Shown: positions 11,193-23,656 of the stretch, one piece after another
How the letters are laid out: each line of letters starts with the position of its first letter
Numbering within the stretch: position 1 is the first letter of the stretch
NCBI RefSeq assembly: GCF_000372725.1
Contig: NW_005201381.1
Location: 121,953-185,952, forward strand
DNA length: 64,000 nt
From: Emiliania huxleyi CCMP1516
Lineage: Eukaryota
Reading direction: 5' to 3'
The notes under the pieces: generated by a model
Database searches by the model: none
What the model was told of the DNA's origin: nothing
What the model saw: the letters and a program-made list of their open reading frames with translations, nothing else
Made by a program: the position numbers and the translations under genes

Positions 11193-14100
11193 TAAGAAAG
11201 AAAACAGACAACGCAAGGGAGGGATGGGAGGACGGCACGCCGCCACCACACAGGGATTTTAAGGAGAGGAGTGTGGTGCTAGCCGTCGCCCACCCTTGGG
11301 CGTCCGCCTCTTCCTGTCTCTCTTCGCAGTCCCTCGCCGACTCTCGCTGCAACCTTCATGCCACCCCGCGGTCGTCCCACTCTCGTCGTTCTCTCCCTTG
11401 TCGCTTCCTCCTCTGTCGCGTCGCTCTCCTGCTCTGCCTCATCCTGCGACGGTGCCGCCGCCTGCCGATCCCTTGCTCTCGCTGCTCGGCGCAGCTCTGC
11501 CCTCCTCGCGGCATATTTTGGCCCCTCGAGTTTATCGAGCTCTCCTCGCGCAAGGACGACTCGACTCTCTTCTGACGCCCACTGCGATCATTTGCCGCCA
11601 AGTCATATCGTTGCTCAGGTCCACTCTCTCTTCGAACACTTGTGCCTTCACGGATGATGCCGGCGCTGGGGTCCCCGTCGGGTGCATCGTGACAGCTGAC
11701 GGCGGGATTTCCACTGGCTCGTCCTCCTCGGAGTCGTCTTCCCCGGCTTCCTTCCGCTCGGCTCTACGTTCATTACGTTCATCGTGGCTCACCCTCCATG
11801 CCGTGAACAGGCGCTTTATCCACCCTATATTCTTCTCTCGTTCCTCTGCCCGTGCCTTGGTCTTGTCGTTGTTTCGCACCCATGTCTGCATGGCAGTCGA
11901 GGCTGCCTTCCCCACTACCTGTAGTTCACTCGTCACCTCTCCTGCGAGCTCCCCTCTGCCCTCTCTTTCTCTCGGGTATGGAGTCCGTGAGTGCGGGCAG
12001 CGTGCAGGCAATCACGGGCGCTATTTTGTCGTACTCCTCTTCGGCGAGCGCTCCAAATCTAGACCCTTTCGCCTTTAAGGAGGCTGCCCTCGCTCGTCTC
12101 AGGAATGTGGCGGTGTCTTTTGAGTCCGGCGCCTCCCGTTCAACTCTTGCTGTCGCCCTCGCCGCGTGTTTGTCAAGCTTCCGCAAGAAGTAACGCGCCT
12201 CTTCCTTATTTCCAGCGCAGCTGCCGCTCAGTATGTGCGCCAACGACGCCTGCGGTGGCTGACTGTCTTCTTGTTTCCAGTCGTCCCAGTCTCTCAGTTC
12301 TCCGAGTCTCCTCCTCGCCTCGCGCGCCTCTTTTTGTGGCCTCATCCCTAGCCGCCTTGCACGCTCTGCATCCCCCAGAACGCACTTCTCGTGGCGGGGC
12401 CCCTCATTCCCCGTTTCTTTTCCCCTTCTAGAATGCGCCTGTGGTGTGCCCCATGTGGCACCCCGACCTGTTGTCTCACCCTGGCTCCCAAGATCGTTTT
12501 GGTCGTCACATTGTGACCCCCGACGTCGTCGAATGTCGCCCGCCTGTCCTTTCCCCGTTCTCGTCTGGTAATCGCATCTTATTATCCCATCGATGCTTCA
12601 GGCTGGCTACAGCCACTTCGCTCCACAACCGTCCCGCCACCCCTGCCGTGTGCGATCCCGGCCTCACCGTTTTTCGATATTGCTCGCACACCCACTCGTG
12701 CGCGCTCTTACACATGTGTCCGTACGTCCGTCGGTCCACTATCTGGGACTATCTCCCTCTTCTGACTTCTCCAAATGACGTGTGAGTGTTAGAGTTGTTT
12801 GGTATTGCTAAAAATCTCTTCTCTGTGTTCCCTGCCGCCTCCCTTCGCGCCGTGTACATGCATGGCCGCGTCCGCACCGCGTCCCGCACCACTTTCGAGG
12901 CGTCCTCTGTGTCGTTATCCCCGAGCCTGTCTGAAAGAAAGAAAGAAAACACGCAACCCAAGGGAGGGATGGGAGGACGGCACGCCGCCACCACACAGGG
13001 ATTTTAAGGAGAGGTGTGTGATGCGCTAGCCGTCGCCCACCCTAGGGAGTCTGCCTCTTCCTATCTCTCTTCGCAGTCTCTCGCCGCTTCTCGCTGCAAC
13101 CTTCATGCCACCTCGCGGTCGTCCCACTCTCGTCGTTCTCTCCCTTGTCATTTCCTCCTCTGTCGCGTCGTTCTCTTCTGCCTCGTCCTGCGACGCGAGT
13201 CTGCTAAAGAAAGAAAGAAAACACACAACCCAAGGGAGGGATGGGAGAACGGCACGCCGCCACCACACAGGGATTTTAAGGAGAGGAGGGTGTGATGCGC
13301 TAGCCGTCGCCCACCCTGGGGAGTCTGCCTCCTCGTATCTCTTTTCGCAGTCTCTCGCCGCTTCTCGCTGCAACCTTCATGCCACCTCGCGGCTGTCCCA
13401 CTCTCGTCGTTCTCTCCCTTGTCACTTCCCCCTCTGTCGCGTCGTTCTCTTCTGCCTCGTCCTGCGACGCCGCCGCCTGCCGGTCCCTTGTTCTCGCGGC
13501 TTCTTTCGCCTCTCGGCGCAACTCCGTCCTCCTTGCGGCGTATCCTGGCCCCTCGAGTCTATCGAGCTCCCCTCGCGCAAGGACCACATTTCTGACTCCC
13601 ACTCCGATCATTTGCCTCCAAGTCATGTTGTTGCTCAGGTCCACTCTCTCTTCGAACACTCGTGCCTCTACGGATGATGCCGGCGCTGGGGTCCCCTTCG
13701 GATGCATCGTGACATCTGACAACTGAATTTCCACTGGTTCGTCCTCCTCTGAGTCATCTTCCCCGTCCTCCTTCCGCTCGGCTCTTCGCTCGGTACGTTC
13801 GGTGTGGCTCACCCTCCGCGAGTCTGCTAAAGAAAGAAAACACACAACCCAAGGGAGGGATGGGAGAACGGCACGCCGCCACCACACAGGGATTTTAAGG
13901 AGAGGAGTGTGGTGCGCTAGCCGTCGCCCACCCTGGGGAGTCTGCCTCTTCGTATCTCTTTTCGCAGTCTCTCGCCGCTTCTCGCTGCAACCTTCATGCC
14001 ACCTCGCGGCCGTCCCACTCTCGTCGGTCTCTCCCTTGTCACTTCCTCCTCTGTCGCGTCGTTCTCTTCTGCCTCGTCCTGCGACGCCGCCGCCTGCCGA

Positions 14101-14277
14101 TCCCTTGTTCTCGCGGCTTCTTTCGCCTTGCGCAACTCCGTCCTCCTCGCGGCGTATCCTGGCCCCTCGAGTCTATCAAGCTCCCCTCGCGCAAGGACCA
14201 CATTTCTGACTCCCACTCCGATCATTTGCCTACACGTCATGTTGTTGCTCAGGTCCACTCTCTCTTCGAACACTTCC
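11193..14277 (-). mobile_element. Head-to-tail array of four 5'-truncated copies of non-LTR retrotransposon family A (~11193-12925, 12932-13193, 13206-13816, 13829-14276)
   Basis: Each copy begins on + with (aaag)n-aaacac/agac-caagggagggatgggag...cacacagggattttaaggagagg and extends a different length; shared decayed ORF (VFEERVDLSNDMTWRQMIAVGVR; ASLAHILSGSC zinc-finger-like remnant). Confidence 0.85.
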
Positions 14278-14501
14278 GCGAGTCTGCTGAGAGAGAGAGT
14301 GTCGGACGTAAAATTCTTCTTCTATCAATGCTGTGAACCGACGCGGTGCGAACCCTCCAAATCGTGACTCTCTTCTCGCGGATCGCTCCCCCGTCCAACT
14401 GGTGTTGCCGAACCATGCCGGCATACGCGCGGCCACGCGCGCGCGCCATCGAGACAGTCGGTCGCAGCGTTGGGCGGCGGATCCGGCCGCGCGCCGACAA
14501 A

Positions 14502-14894
14502 ATGTTTGAGGATATCGAGCGCGCGTGGCACCAGGTCGACGGGTACGGGCAGGTGTGCGGGCGGCTGGCGTCCAAGCTGGTGCCGCTGCTGTGCGGCAAG
14601 CACAAGCCCACCTACCAGCCGCAGCGCGACATGGGCGACTATGTCGTCGTGACCAACGTGGCCAAGACGGTGCACACGGGCAAGGCGCTCGACCAGAAGC
14701 GGTACTACCGCCACTCGGGCTACGCAGGCGGGCTGAGCTACGTGACGCTGCGCCAGCTCATCGCCAGCAACCCGCTCGAGCCGCTTCGCCGCGCCGTCTA
14801 CGGCATGCTGCCCAAGAACAAGCTGCGCGAGCAGCGGATGCGCCGGCTGCGGCTCTACCCCGGCGCAGAGCACTCTCACGGCGCGCAGCCCTAG
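14502..14894 (+). CDS. rplM: Organellar (probably mitochondrial) ribosomal protein uL13
   Basis: RAWHQVDG..QVCGRLASKL...GKHKPTYQP..DMGDYVVVTN, YYRHSGYAGGL, RRAVYGMLPKNKLR..RMRRLRLY. Confidence 0.95.
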   Translation: MFEDIERAWHQVDGYGQVCGRLASKLVPLLCGKHKPTYQPQRDMGDYVVVTNVAKTVHTGKALDQKRYYRHSGYAGGLSYVTLRQLIASNPLEPLRRAVYGMLPKNKLREQRMRRLRLYPGAEHSHGAQP

Positions 14895-15567
14895 ATGCTG
14901 AATACCGACCCCAAGGCACGTGTTCGGCCGTGTCCGGCTGTGCTGCAGGCGTACTCACTGTACTCCGTAGCCCCTTGTAAGCCCTCTGCACGCGTCCGTC
15001 TTCCCGCCCTGAGCTCCCTGCTTTCGTCACTAGGTGCGCAATTCAAGCCGGGCCTGCCCGCCTTCACCGCCGAGTTTGACCACAAGGATTCACCCGCCGT
15101 GCTCAGACCAGTCACGCGGGACGAGACGCCATGAGGGCAAAGAGCAGAACTGGGGGAGGGGGGGGCGAGCGAGCGCCCCTGAGCTGCCATCGCACTTACA
15201 GAGCTTACACATGCACAATGTATTGCACAGCGTTGTATTGCGCGGCGGCGCGCGTGTGGTTGATGTCTTTAGCCGTGTATGTGGAAGAAAGAGGAGGCGC
15301 GTAAAAAACGTCCCCGAGCAGCGAGCTCGCATAACCATAAGCGATAGAGGTTAAAGCACATCATTTATTTTTCCCGAACAAGCCGCGTAACATATAGTAA
15401 CAACAAACAAGCGCAGAAGCGGCATGGGCGGCCATGGCGCACATGCTCAACGAAGGGGCGTGTGTCGTGTGAGAAAAAGTCGACCCCGCGCCATACCGAA
15501 GGTCCGCTCTTTTTTTAATCTTTAAGAGAGGTCTCCAGCAGCTACGTATGGTTTGGGGGCACACGCG

Positions 15568-16515
15568 TCATGACTTGCGCGTGTCTTCGAGGTCGAGCTC
15601 GGCGAAGAGCGCGCGCAGCTGCGCGACCACCTGCTCCATCAGCGGGATGGCCACGCGGATGTCGCTGAAGCAAGCGCTGCGCCGCACCGCCTAAGAGTGA
15701 GAGGCGGTAAGGTGGGACACACACACAGCGTGGTGGTGGTGGTGGTGGTGTGGTGGTGGTGGTGTGGTGGTGGTGGTGTGTGGTGGTGGTGGTGTGGTTC
15801 GGGCTCGGGTTGAGGTTCGGGTAATGGTTGGGGATGGGGGGGGGTGGGCGGTGAGGTGGGGGGTGGGGGGTCCTTCGAGGAGAGGTGGTTGGGCGACAGG
15901 CGCGCGACAAACTCGTCCCTCGACGGCACCTACTCTCGCGCAATCTCGCGTGATCTCGGGTCGGCTCGGCGGCGGTGGCACCGACTCGTCCTCCGACGGG
16001 CACCGCTGCGAGGGCCATCGAGAATGTGTTTTTGAGCAGCCAGCCGTGGAAGGGCTCGAGGATGGCGCCGTAGGCGGTGCGACACTTGGACGAGAGCGAC
16101 GCGCTCGTGTCGCACACCCCCTGCATCACCCCGACATAGTACTGGATCGTCCTCCGCATCCAGAGCAGCGCCATCGCTGCGGACGGGTCGGCGAGGACAG
16201 CGCCTACTCTCGGGTACTCCCGGGCTACTCTCGGGCACTCTCCCCGCTGCGGACGGTCGGCGAGCACGGCGCCCGGCTTGTGGATCCCCGCCTCGCGCTC
16301 TGACTCGAGCAGCTGCCGCACCGTGCTCACCCTGCCGGGCTGCTGCTCCGCGAGCCGCGCCCACACCTTGCGCACCTTTGCGACGTTGGACTCGTCGTTC
16401 TTGACGGAGAGGGCCATCAGCGGGCCGATGGCCTCGCCGAGCCGCCGGAGAGAGGCGAAGGCGGAGAGCAGCGGCTCGAGTTGCACCTGACCTCGGGTCA
16501 ATCTCGGGTGACCGG

Positions 16516-16548
<33 letters not shown>

Positions 16549-17060
16549 GGAGGGAGAGAAAGAAAGAGAGGGAGAGAGGGAGAGCAACGGCATTTAATGC
16601 TCCGGACCGNNNNNNNNNNNNNNNNNNNNNNNNNNNNNNNNNNNNNNNNNNNNNNNNNNNNNNNNNNNNNNNNNNNNNNNNNNNNNNNNNNNNNNNNNNN
16701 NNNNNNNNNAAGGGCGAGGGTAGCAGCAGCGGACGTTGCGGTAATAGCAGCACGACCCAGCAGGCACAACGTGGACGACGGCTTAGTGCTATCCTCGTCG
16801 GGAGGACGACCCCGGCGTCGTATCCAAGTGGAAGTGCTCGTCCTTGCCCACATCAGAGTAAAAGGCACTCTGCGACGAGAACAACGCCGCAGTTGTTTTC
16901 CCCAAGGTGGGCTGGAGAAGGGGTTCGGCACGCTGGAAGACGCACCGCCGGCGGGCAACGGCCTCGCGCCCGGATCCAAGGGCATCCGATGCAGGCTGAT
17001 GTTGTCGAGCGTAGCCTTGTCCGACTCGTCGAGCATCTCGTCCGCGATCGCGAGATCCAG

Positions 17061-17103
<43 letters not shown>

Positions 17104-17700
17104 AAGTGTGAGGGGTGCTGGAGACGGGTCTGTCCGAGCAGCTCGTGTCTGGAGCCTCCGCCTCGCCGCCCTCGCCGCAAGTGGCGACGCACGCGGAGAA
17201 GCCGACGATGATCTCGTGGAAGAGAGTGCGCGTCGAGACGCGCTCGACGATGCGCCCGTCGGGCACCTCCCCCTCCCCCTCGACGCAGTGCTGCAGGAAG
17301 AGCTGGTACTGGTGCACGCGCGGGAACCACGCCCGCGCCGCCGCGACCAGCCGCGCCGCAAACGCCGCGCAGAGCGACACCACCAGCAGCCGCTCCTGCG
17401 GGCGCGTCGCAGGCGTGTCGAAGGTGTCTCGGAGGTGTCTCGGAGGTGTCTCGGAAATGTCTCGGGGTGTGTCGGAGGTGTCTCGGAAATGTCTCGGATG
17501 TGTCTCGGAAGTGTCTCGGAAGTGTCCCTCGCCCAGCCGGACGGCGCCGACTCGCTGCGCGGGGAGAGGAGAGGCAGGTCGGAGAGCCGCTCGAGCGCGC
17601 AGCCGAGCAGCCACGGCCAAAACCCGGCCACCGCCTCGAGCGCCGTCGCTGGCGGCGCCGCCACTCGCTCGCGTGAGGCATGCGGCGGCGGCCGGCCTGG
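15568..17700 (-). CDS. Glycolipid transfer protein (GLTP) domain protein, multi-exon; 5' part lies across an assembly gap and is uncertain
   Basis: KNDESNVAK, SAAMALLWMRRTIQY, CRTAYGAILEPFHGWLLKNTFSMALAAVPSRDEFVARL, C-terminus LFAELDLEDTRKS*; introns 16204-16272 and 15930-16003. Confidence 0.8.
16610..16709. other. Assembly gap (100 N)
   Basis: Run of N. Confidence 1.
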
Positions 17701-18022
17701 TGAGGTGAGGGGTGAGGGGTGAGGGGTGAGAGGGGGGAGGGGGGGCGAGGGCGAGGGCGAGGGCGAGGGCGAGGGCGAGGGTGCCTCCTCCTCCGCCGCC
17801 GCCCTGCCCGCTCGCGCGAGCGCCGAGCGAGACAGCGGCGGCGAAGGAGAGGACGGCGAGCGTCGAGAGCTCCTAAGGTAAGTTAAAGGTGGACCTCCCC
17901 ACACCGCCCACACACACAACGGTGGTGGGGCAAGGGCAGCCCTCGCGGCTCCGCGTCTGAGACAAGAGCCCCACGGCATTCAAAGTGCCAAGGCCCGGTG
18001 CGCGTGGGTGAGCGGGGTGCGA

Positions 18023-18036
18023 GTGTGAGTGAGTGA

Positions 18037-18117
<81 letters not shown>

Positions 18118-18119
18118 CG

Positions 18120-18153
<34 letters not shown>
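18023..18153. repeat. Compound (GTGA)n-(GT)n-(GTCT)n microsatellite
   Basis: Directly visible. Confidence 0.95.
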
Positions 18154-18154
<1 letters not shown>

Positions 18155-19204
18155 GTGCTCGAGAGCTCCTTGGCGAACGGCGAAGCGGCCAGCCGCAGCA
18201 GCAGCTCCAGCGGCGAGGGCGGCAGCTCGCGAGACTCGAAGCGGGCGAGGAGCCTAGGGGTAGGGTAGGGCTAGGGTTCACGACTCGAAGCGGGCGGGAG
18301 GCCACGCCGCCAAGACACGCCACCAAGACATCCGCCAGGGCGCACCCGTCAGCTCAGAGCATCGCGCGGACGGTTAAGGGCGACGAAATGCACACGGCTG
18401 GATACCGCCGAGGGCGTGTGCTCTCGCGTGCTAGTCGGGATACAACGATCTGGGTACACCGGATCTAACACCGCATCTAGGGCGCGGAGCCGCTGGGAGG
18501 TGGCGGCGTCCTTTGCGAGCGAGAACCAGTGCCCGTCGTTGTCGTCGCTCATGTGCGGCACGGTGAGGGTGACGCCGCTCGCGAGCGAGACGTCCACGCA
18601 GAACTCCTTGGACGTCGACCCGATCTCGGTCAGCCACACCCGACTCACCTGGGCAGCCTCTGGCGAGCCAGAGAGCCACACCGCCTCGACGTCCATGGGC
18701 AGCCTCCCGCCACCGCCCCGGGTGCCCGCCGCGCGAACGGCGGGCTCTGGCGTTTGCGACCTGATGACCGCCGGCGCGGCCGATGGCGCGGCTGGCGGCG
18801 ACGTGAGCGGCGAGGCAGCCTCGGCGAGCTGCCGCTTGGAGCGGGCCGCCGTGGAAGGCGACCGGGCCGGGGTGAGAGGATAAATCTCCTCGCTAATTTC
18901 GCTGTAGTGGTTGGCCTCGTCCTGGTCGGACGGCATCGCGCGGCTCTCTCGCGTCCCTGCTGCCTGAGCGACCGCTGCGCGAGGAGAGAAGGACGCAACC
19001 TCAGCGCGGGCGTCCTTCCGTTCACGCCCGGGACCGACGGTCCCCGTGGTTACCGGTAAACACGAATGCACCTCCTACTCGATAGCATGGAGGACGGGCC
19101 CACACGCACACACACACACACTGTGTGTGTGTGTGTCAGTGTGTGTGTGTGTGTGTGTGAGAGAGAGATTTTTGTGTTTTGTGTTTTGTGTGTGTGTTGT
19201 GTGT

Positions 19205-19284
19205 GAGAGAGAGATTTTTAGCAATACCAAACAAATCTAACACTCACACGTCATTTGGGGCCTGGAGCCCTGTTCACGCGCGCG
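19205..19284 (-). mobile_element. 3'-end fragment of RLE-type retrotransposon family B (other fragments at 12772-12820 + and 30794-30817 +)
   Basis: gagagatttttagcaataccaaacaa.tctaacactcacacgt.atttggggcctggagccctgttcacgcgcgcg is near-identical to 38905-38982. Confidence 0.85.
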
Positions 19285-19992
19285 TGTTTGTTGTGTGTGT
19301 GACACGCACGCTGCACACGATTGGCTCGGCAGCCGACACGAGGCACACTGTCACCGGCGGCCCTAGCGCCGGGCCCGGACTGCTGGACACACAGCACACA
19401 GCTCACACACAGGACAGCTCACGAGGTGGCGCTATGTAGTGGGGTTCTCAGGGCCTGACTGACACGGGAGAAGAAGGTGGAGCACAGGGACGGGGACACA
19501 GAACTCACGAACTGATATCCCACCCCGCGCCGGGGGCGGTGGCGCGCGCGAGCGCCGGGGTATTTGGACCCGCAGTCTGGCAGGCGCCAGGCCACAGACC
19601 CGCCGGCAGAGCCTTGAGCCGCATCCGCGATCCGCGCCGGCTCTCAGAAGAGATCCGGCGCGGTGCTGACCGCGCCCTCCTAGTGGACCCAACACGATCA
19701 CCGAGTTCACGATGAAGGGAGGCCGATCTCGCCGGTGGTAGGGCAAACGACTCTCGCACTTGGAGCACTTGGAGTGCAATCAGTAACCTCACATCCAGGG
19801 CCGAGGCGCCTTTTTTTTCTTTTTTGAGAGCGTTGTTATAAGAAAGAAGCAAGGTTTTCTAAAATCTCTCTCTAAGAAAGAGGGTCACACACACACACGC
19901 ACACACACCGCACCGCGCCGCGCGCACACCCCACGCCCCTCCTGTAGGTGGGAAAGAGACGAGGAGAAGCCCCAAACACGCATGGGAGGTTG

Positions 19993-20096
19993 AGTTACCC
20001 CCCCCCCCCCAGTGAACACTCCAGTGAGGGAGGGCGAGACGATCGAGGGGTCCCGTACCACGCGGAATCGACCCTATCCAGTGCTCAAGTGCTCAA
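19993..20096 (+). mobile_element. Dispersed repeat family C (SINE or LINE 3' end, with AGTGCTCA tandem tail); further copies at ~21656-21698 +, 32086-32125 -, 34073-34132 -, 34890-35097 -, 45722-45831 +, 51287-51479 -, 52398-52510 +
   Basis: cccccc-agtgaacactccagtgagggagggcgagacgatcgaggggtcccgtacca.gcggaatcgaccctatccagtgctcaagtgctcaa recurs 8 times, with a shared end and variable start. Confidence 0.85.
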
Positions 20097-20136
20097 TGTT
20101 GAGTTTGGCGGCTTTCTAAAAGAATTCTTAAAATAC

Positions 20137-21655
20137 ACCACACAGGGAATCAGGGATTTTAAGGAGAGGGGTGTGGTGCGCTAGCCGTCGCCCACCCTAA
20201 CCCTTGGGCGTCTGCTTCTTCTTCCTATCTCTCTTCGCAGTCCCTCGCCGTACGCCGATTCTCGCTGCAACCTTCATGCCACCTCGCGGTCGTCCCACTC
20301 TCGTCGTTCTCTCTCTTGTCGCTTCCTCCTCTGTCGCGTCGCTCTCCTCGGCCTCGTCCTGCGACGCCGCCGCCGTCTGCCGCCGATCCCTCGCTCTCGC
20401 TGCTTTTCCCGCCTTTCGTCGCAGCTCTGCCCGCCTGGCGGCATATTTTGGCCCCTCGAGTTTATCGAGCTCTCCTCGAGCAAGGATGAGTCTTCTGACG
20501 CCCACTGCTATCATTTGCCGCCAAGTCATATCGTTGCTCAGGTCCACTCTCTCTTCGAACACTTGTGCCTCCACGGATGATGTTGGCGCTGGTGTCCCCT
20601 TCGGGTGTATCGTGACAGCTGACGACGGGATTACCACAGGTGTTTCGTCCTCCTCGGGTTCGTCTTCCCCGGCTTCCTCCCGTTCGGCTCTACGTTCATT
20701 ACGTTCATCGTGGCTCACCCTCCATGCCGTGAACAGGCTCTTTATCCACCCTATATTCTTCTCTCGCTCCTCTGCCCGTGCCTTGGTCTTGTCGTTGTTT
20801 CGCACCCATGTCTGTATGGCGATCGAGGCTGCCTTCCCCACTACCTGTAGTTCACTCGTCACCTCTCCTGCGAGCTCCCCTCTCTTTCTCTCGGGTATGG
20901 AGTCCGTGAGTGCGGGCAGCGTGCAGGCAATCACGGGCGCTATTTTGTCGTACTCCTCTTCGGCGAGCGCTCCAAATCTAGACCCCATTGCCTTTAAGGA
21001 GGCTGCCCTCGCGCGTCTCAGTACTCAGAAATATAGCTGTGTCCGTTTTGAGTCAGGCGGCGCCCGTTCAACTCTTGCTGCCGCCCTCGCCGCGTGTTTG
21101 TCAAGCTTCTCTCTTGCTGCCGCCCTCGAGTTCTTGCTGGCGCGAACTCAACTCTTGCTGCCGCCCTCGCCGCGGTTCAACTCTTGCTGCCGCCCTCGCC
21201 GGAACGTGCATGGCCGAGTTCGCACCGCGTTCCGCACCTCTTTCGAGGCGTCCTCCGTGTCGTTATTTCCGAGGTATGCTGTCGCCACCGCGTCGGCGTA
21301 TGCGTTGCAGGCTATTCCCACGTGTGCTGGCACCCACATGAAGACCACCGCCTCTAGCTTCGATCTATAGTAAGCAATCCCTCTAGGTAGGAGAACCGCC
21401 TCTCTCCCAGTCCCTCAGGCCTTCTGGCATCCCTTCGCGGTGCGCATTCTCAATCTGCTGCAGCGCGGGTTTGCAGTCGCATAGTACTAAGCACCGTCGC
21501 GATTGCGCATCGCTCGCGCTCGCCATTTTGCGTAGGTAGGTATGCGAGTTGCGCGTACTTCTCCGCGTCTATCGGCTCCCACGTGCTCGGCAGCTTTCCT
21601 CCCCACATGCCCGCCCCAAAGGCTGTCCGTCTCTCCTCTTCCCCACACTGCTGTC
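20137..21655 (-). mobile_element. LINE family A copy with RNase H C-terminal remnant
   Basis: VFMWVPAHVGIACNAYADAVATAYL (~21270-21348) is the RNase H WVP.H.GI..NE.AD motif; downstream sequence is homologous to the 11193-12925 copy. Confidence 0.85.
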
Positions 21656-21826
21656 AGGGGTCCCGTACCATGCGGAATCGACCCTATCCAGTGCTCAACC
21701 GGGGTAAATTCTTGTTGTGCCCACACACCCGACAGAACTCTCTGGTGCCCGGACGTGAGACTGACAGACTGACTGGTACAGTCGGCTAGGGGTGATCGGC
21801 GCACGCATACCGCCAGGAACGCTCGC

Positions 21827-22725
21827 ATGCCAGTCGCGTTCCTCTTCTCGATCGCATACCTGGGCCCGCCTCGGGCCGTCACCTTTGGCGCGGAGCTGCT
21901 CGCTCCGCGGCCCGCCGCCGAGGCGACGCTCCGCGCCCTGCGGGCTGGCGGCGTGTCGCACCTGGCCGCCGTGAGTGGCGGCGACGGCGAGGGCGCTGCG
22001 GCAGCCGCGCTGGTCGCGTGCGGCGCGCTCGACGGCGTCGTGCCGTGCACGCCGTCGGGCGAGCCGGCGGCGCCGCCCGAGGTGCTTCGCGCGGCCGCGA
22101 TCGAGCAGTGGGTGCACGTTTGCTCGACGGTGCCTCAGCTGGCGGCTGCGAAGCGTGCGGGCGCGCGGACCGTCTGGCTGAACGAGCGCGCGGCGGGCGA
22201 CGAGAACTCGCGCGGCTTCGACGGTCCCGCGGGCGAGGCGTCCTCCTACCTCGCGCGCGGCGTCATCGCCGACCTGGTGCGCGCGCCGTCGCCGCGCGCG
22301 TCTGAGCCTCTCCCTGTTTAGCCTCCGCCGTTGTTCGCTGTCAGGCGGGCGCCGTCTGCGCGCGGCTGGACGAGGTGGAGGCCGCGCTGCAGCGGGCGCA
22401 GCAGCGTCACGAGGCCGAGGTTGCGCAGAGGAAGGGCGCGGGCGGCGACGACGACGCCGCCGACGCGCTGGCGAGGCTGCGCGGCTCGCTTCCAGGCGCG
22501 CGCGCCGCCGGTGACGGGGCGGGTTCGGACGGGGCGGGCGCCGCGTCTGGGCCCACGGACTGGGATGCCGTCCTCGCCGCGCCGGGCGACGCGGGCGACG
22601 CGGGCGACGCGGGCGACGCCGATCTGCGAGGAGAGTGCCCCTCCTGCGGCGCAAGGCTGGCCCCGGCGGCGCGCTTCTGCAGCGAGTGCGGACACTCGAC
22701 CGTGGTGCAGACGGTGAGGCTATGA
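21827..22725 (+). CDS. HAD-like protein with N-terminal signal sequence and C-terminal zinc ribbon; one probable intron (~22277-22344)
   Basis: WVHVCS...LAAAKRAGARTVWLN resembles HAD motif IV; CPSCGARLAPAARFCSECG; hydrophobic N-terminus. Confidence 0.6.
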
Positions 22726-23467
22726 GGGTCCACTCGGCGGGTAGGAAGATGCCACATCCTGACCCTCAAGTAGCGCGCACTCGAGCCGAGAGGCACAGGC
22801 CACGCAACTCTCTTTGTGGGTTTGTTCATTTTGCATGGTAGTATGAAAAATGAACGAAGAACGGGACCCCCATAATATTAATATTATTGCGCAATCGTGT
22901 GTCAGAGAGAGACAGAGTGTCTCTGTCTGTGGGCTGGGTTTTATTTATTAGGCACATATTGTGCTTTGTGGGGGGGGTTTGGTTGCACTGTCATGTCTCA
23001 TGAGAGAGCCACCATGTGTGATCCGTATGATGATTCCTGACAACCGCCTCAATCAACTTTCGTCACAGTTCCCGCTCTGAGAGGAGCTGCGGGTCAGTTC
23101 GACAGCTGGAGCCGCTGGAGCTGTGTCGCCGGCGTGCGGCGGGGCCTGCCAGGGTTCGTGATTTCACATGGAAACAGCGAATCGATTTCACTTTCACTTT
23201 CACTTCACATTTCATGTGAAACGAAATTTCACTTTTCCGAGCGAGTGTGAACGTGATAAGGACGGATGCTCCCACCGAGTTCCGACACTCTGACACTCAC
23301 TTCACACTTGCAAGTGTTGGCTCCACCCCATGCACCAAGCAGCAGCCAAGCGATGAAGGAGGCTGGAGATATTGGTCACGCTGAGCTGATGTGTGCACTA
23401 GACCAATATGAATATCTTGGCGTGCTGTGGGCGAATACGGTGCCGATGGTGGGATGAACTCTGGTCT

Positions 23468-23610
23468 ATGATGGCGACACGCACGAGCGACACACAGACA
23501 CAAACAGGCTCACAAGACACACAGCCAGCTGGCTGCCACACACCCTGAGTAGGCGTACACATAACTCAAGGCCACATCCTCCCTGTCGCCCCCCCCAGCA
23601 CTCCGAGTTC
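23468..23610 (-). mobile_element. Dispersed repeat family D (further copies ~49965-50210 and ~52520-52740, both ending in (CTAC)n on the minus strand)
   Basis: gacacgcacgagcgacacacagacacaaacaggctcacaagacacacagccagc.ggctgccacacaccctgagtaggcgtacacataactcaaggccacatcc is near-identical at 52614-52735. Confidence 0.8.
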
Positions 23611-23656
23611 TGACGCGTTTTTTTCCTTCCTTTTTCATTCCGCAGTCTCTCTCTCC

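Noticed and set aside
18349..19071. 240-aa minus-strand ORF (MPSDQDEANHYSE...)
   Set aside because: Could be a TE ORF1 remnant or an orphan gene, but no recognisable motif supports a call.
20062..20076. B-box-like GGGTCGATTCC (minus strand) as a possible tRNA gene
   Set aside because: No cloverleaf or A-box could be built; it is part of repeat family C.
20204..21370. 388-aa plus-strand ORF
   Set aside because: Antisense to the LINE family A coding strand; S/A-rich shadow frame.
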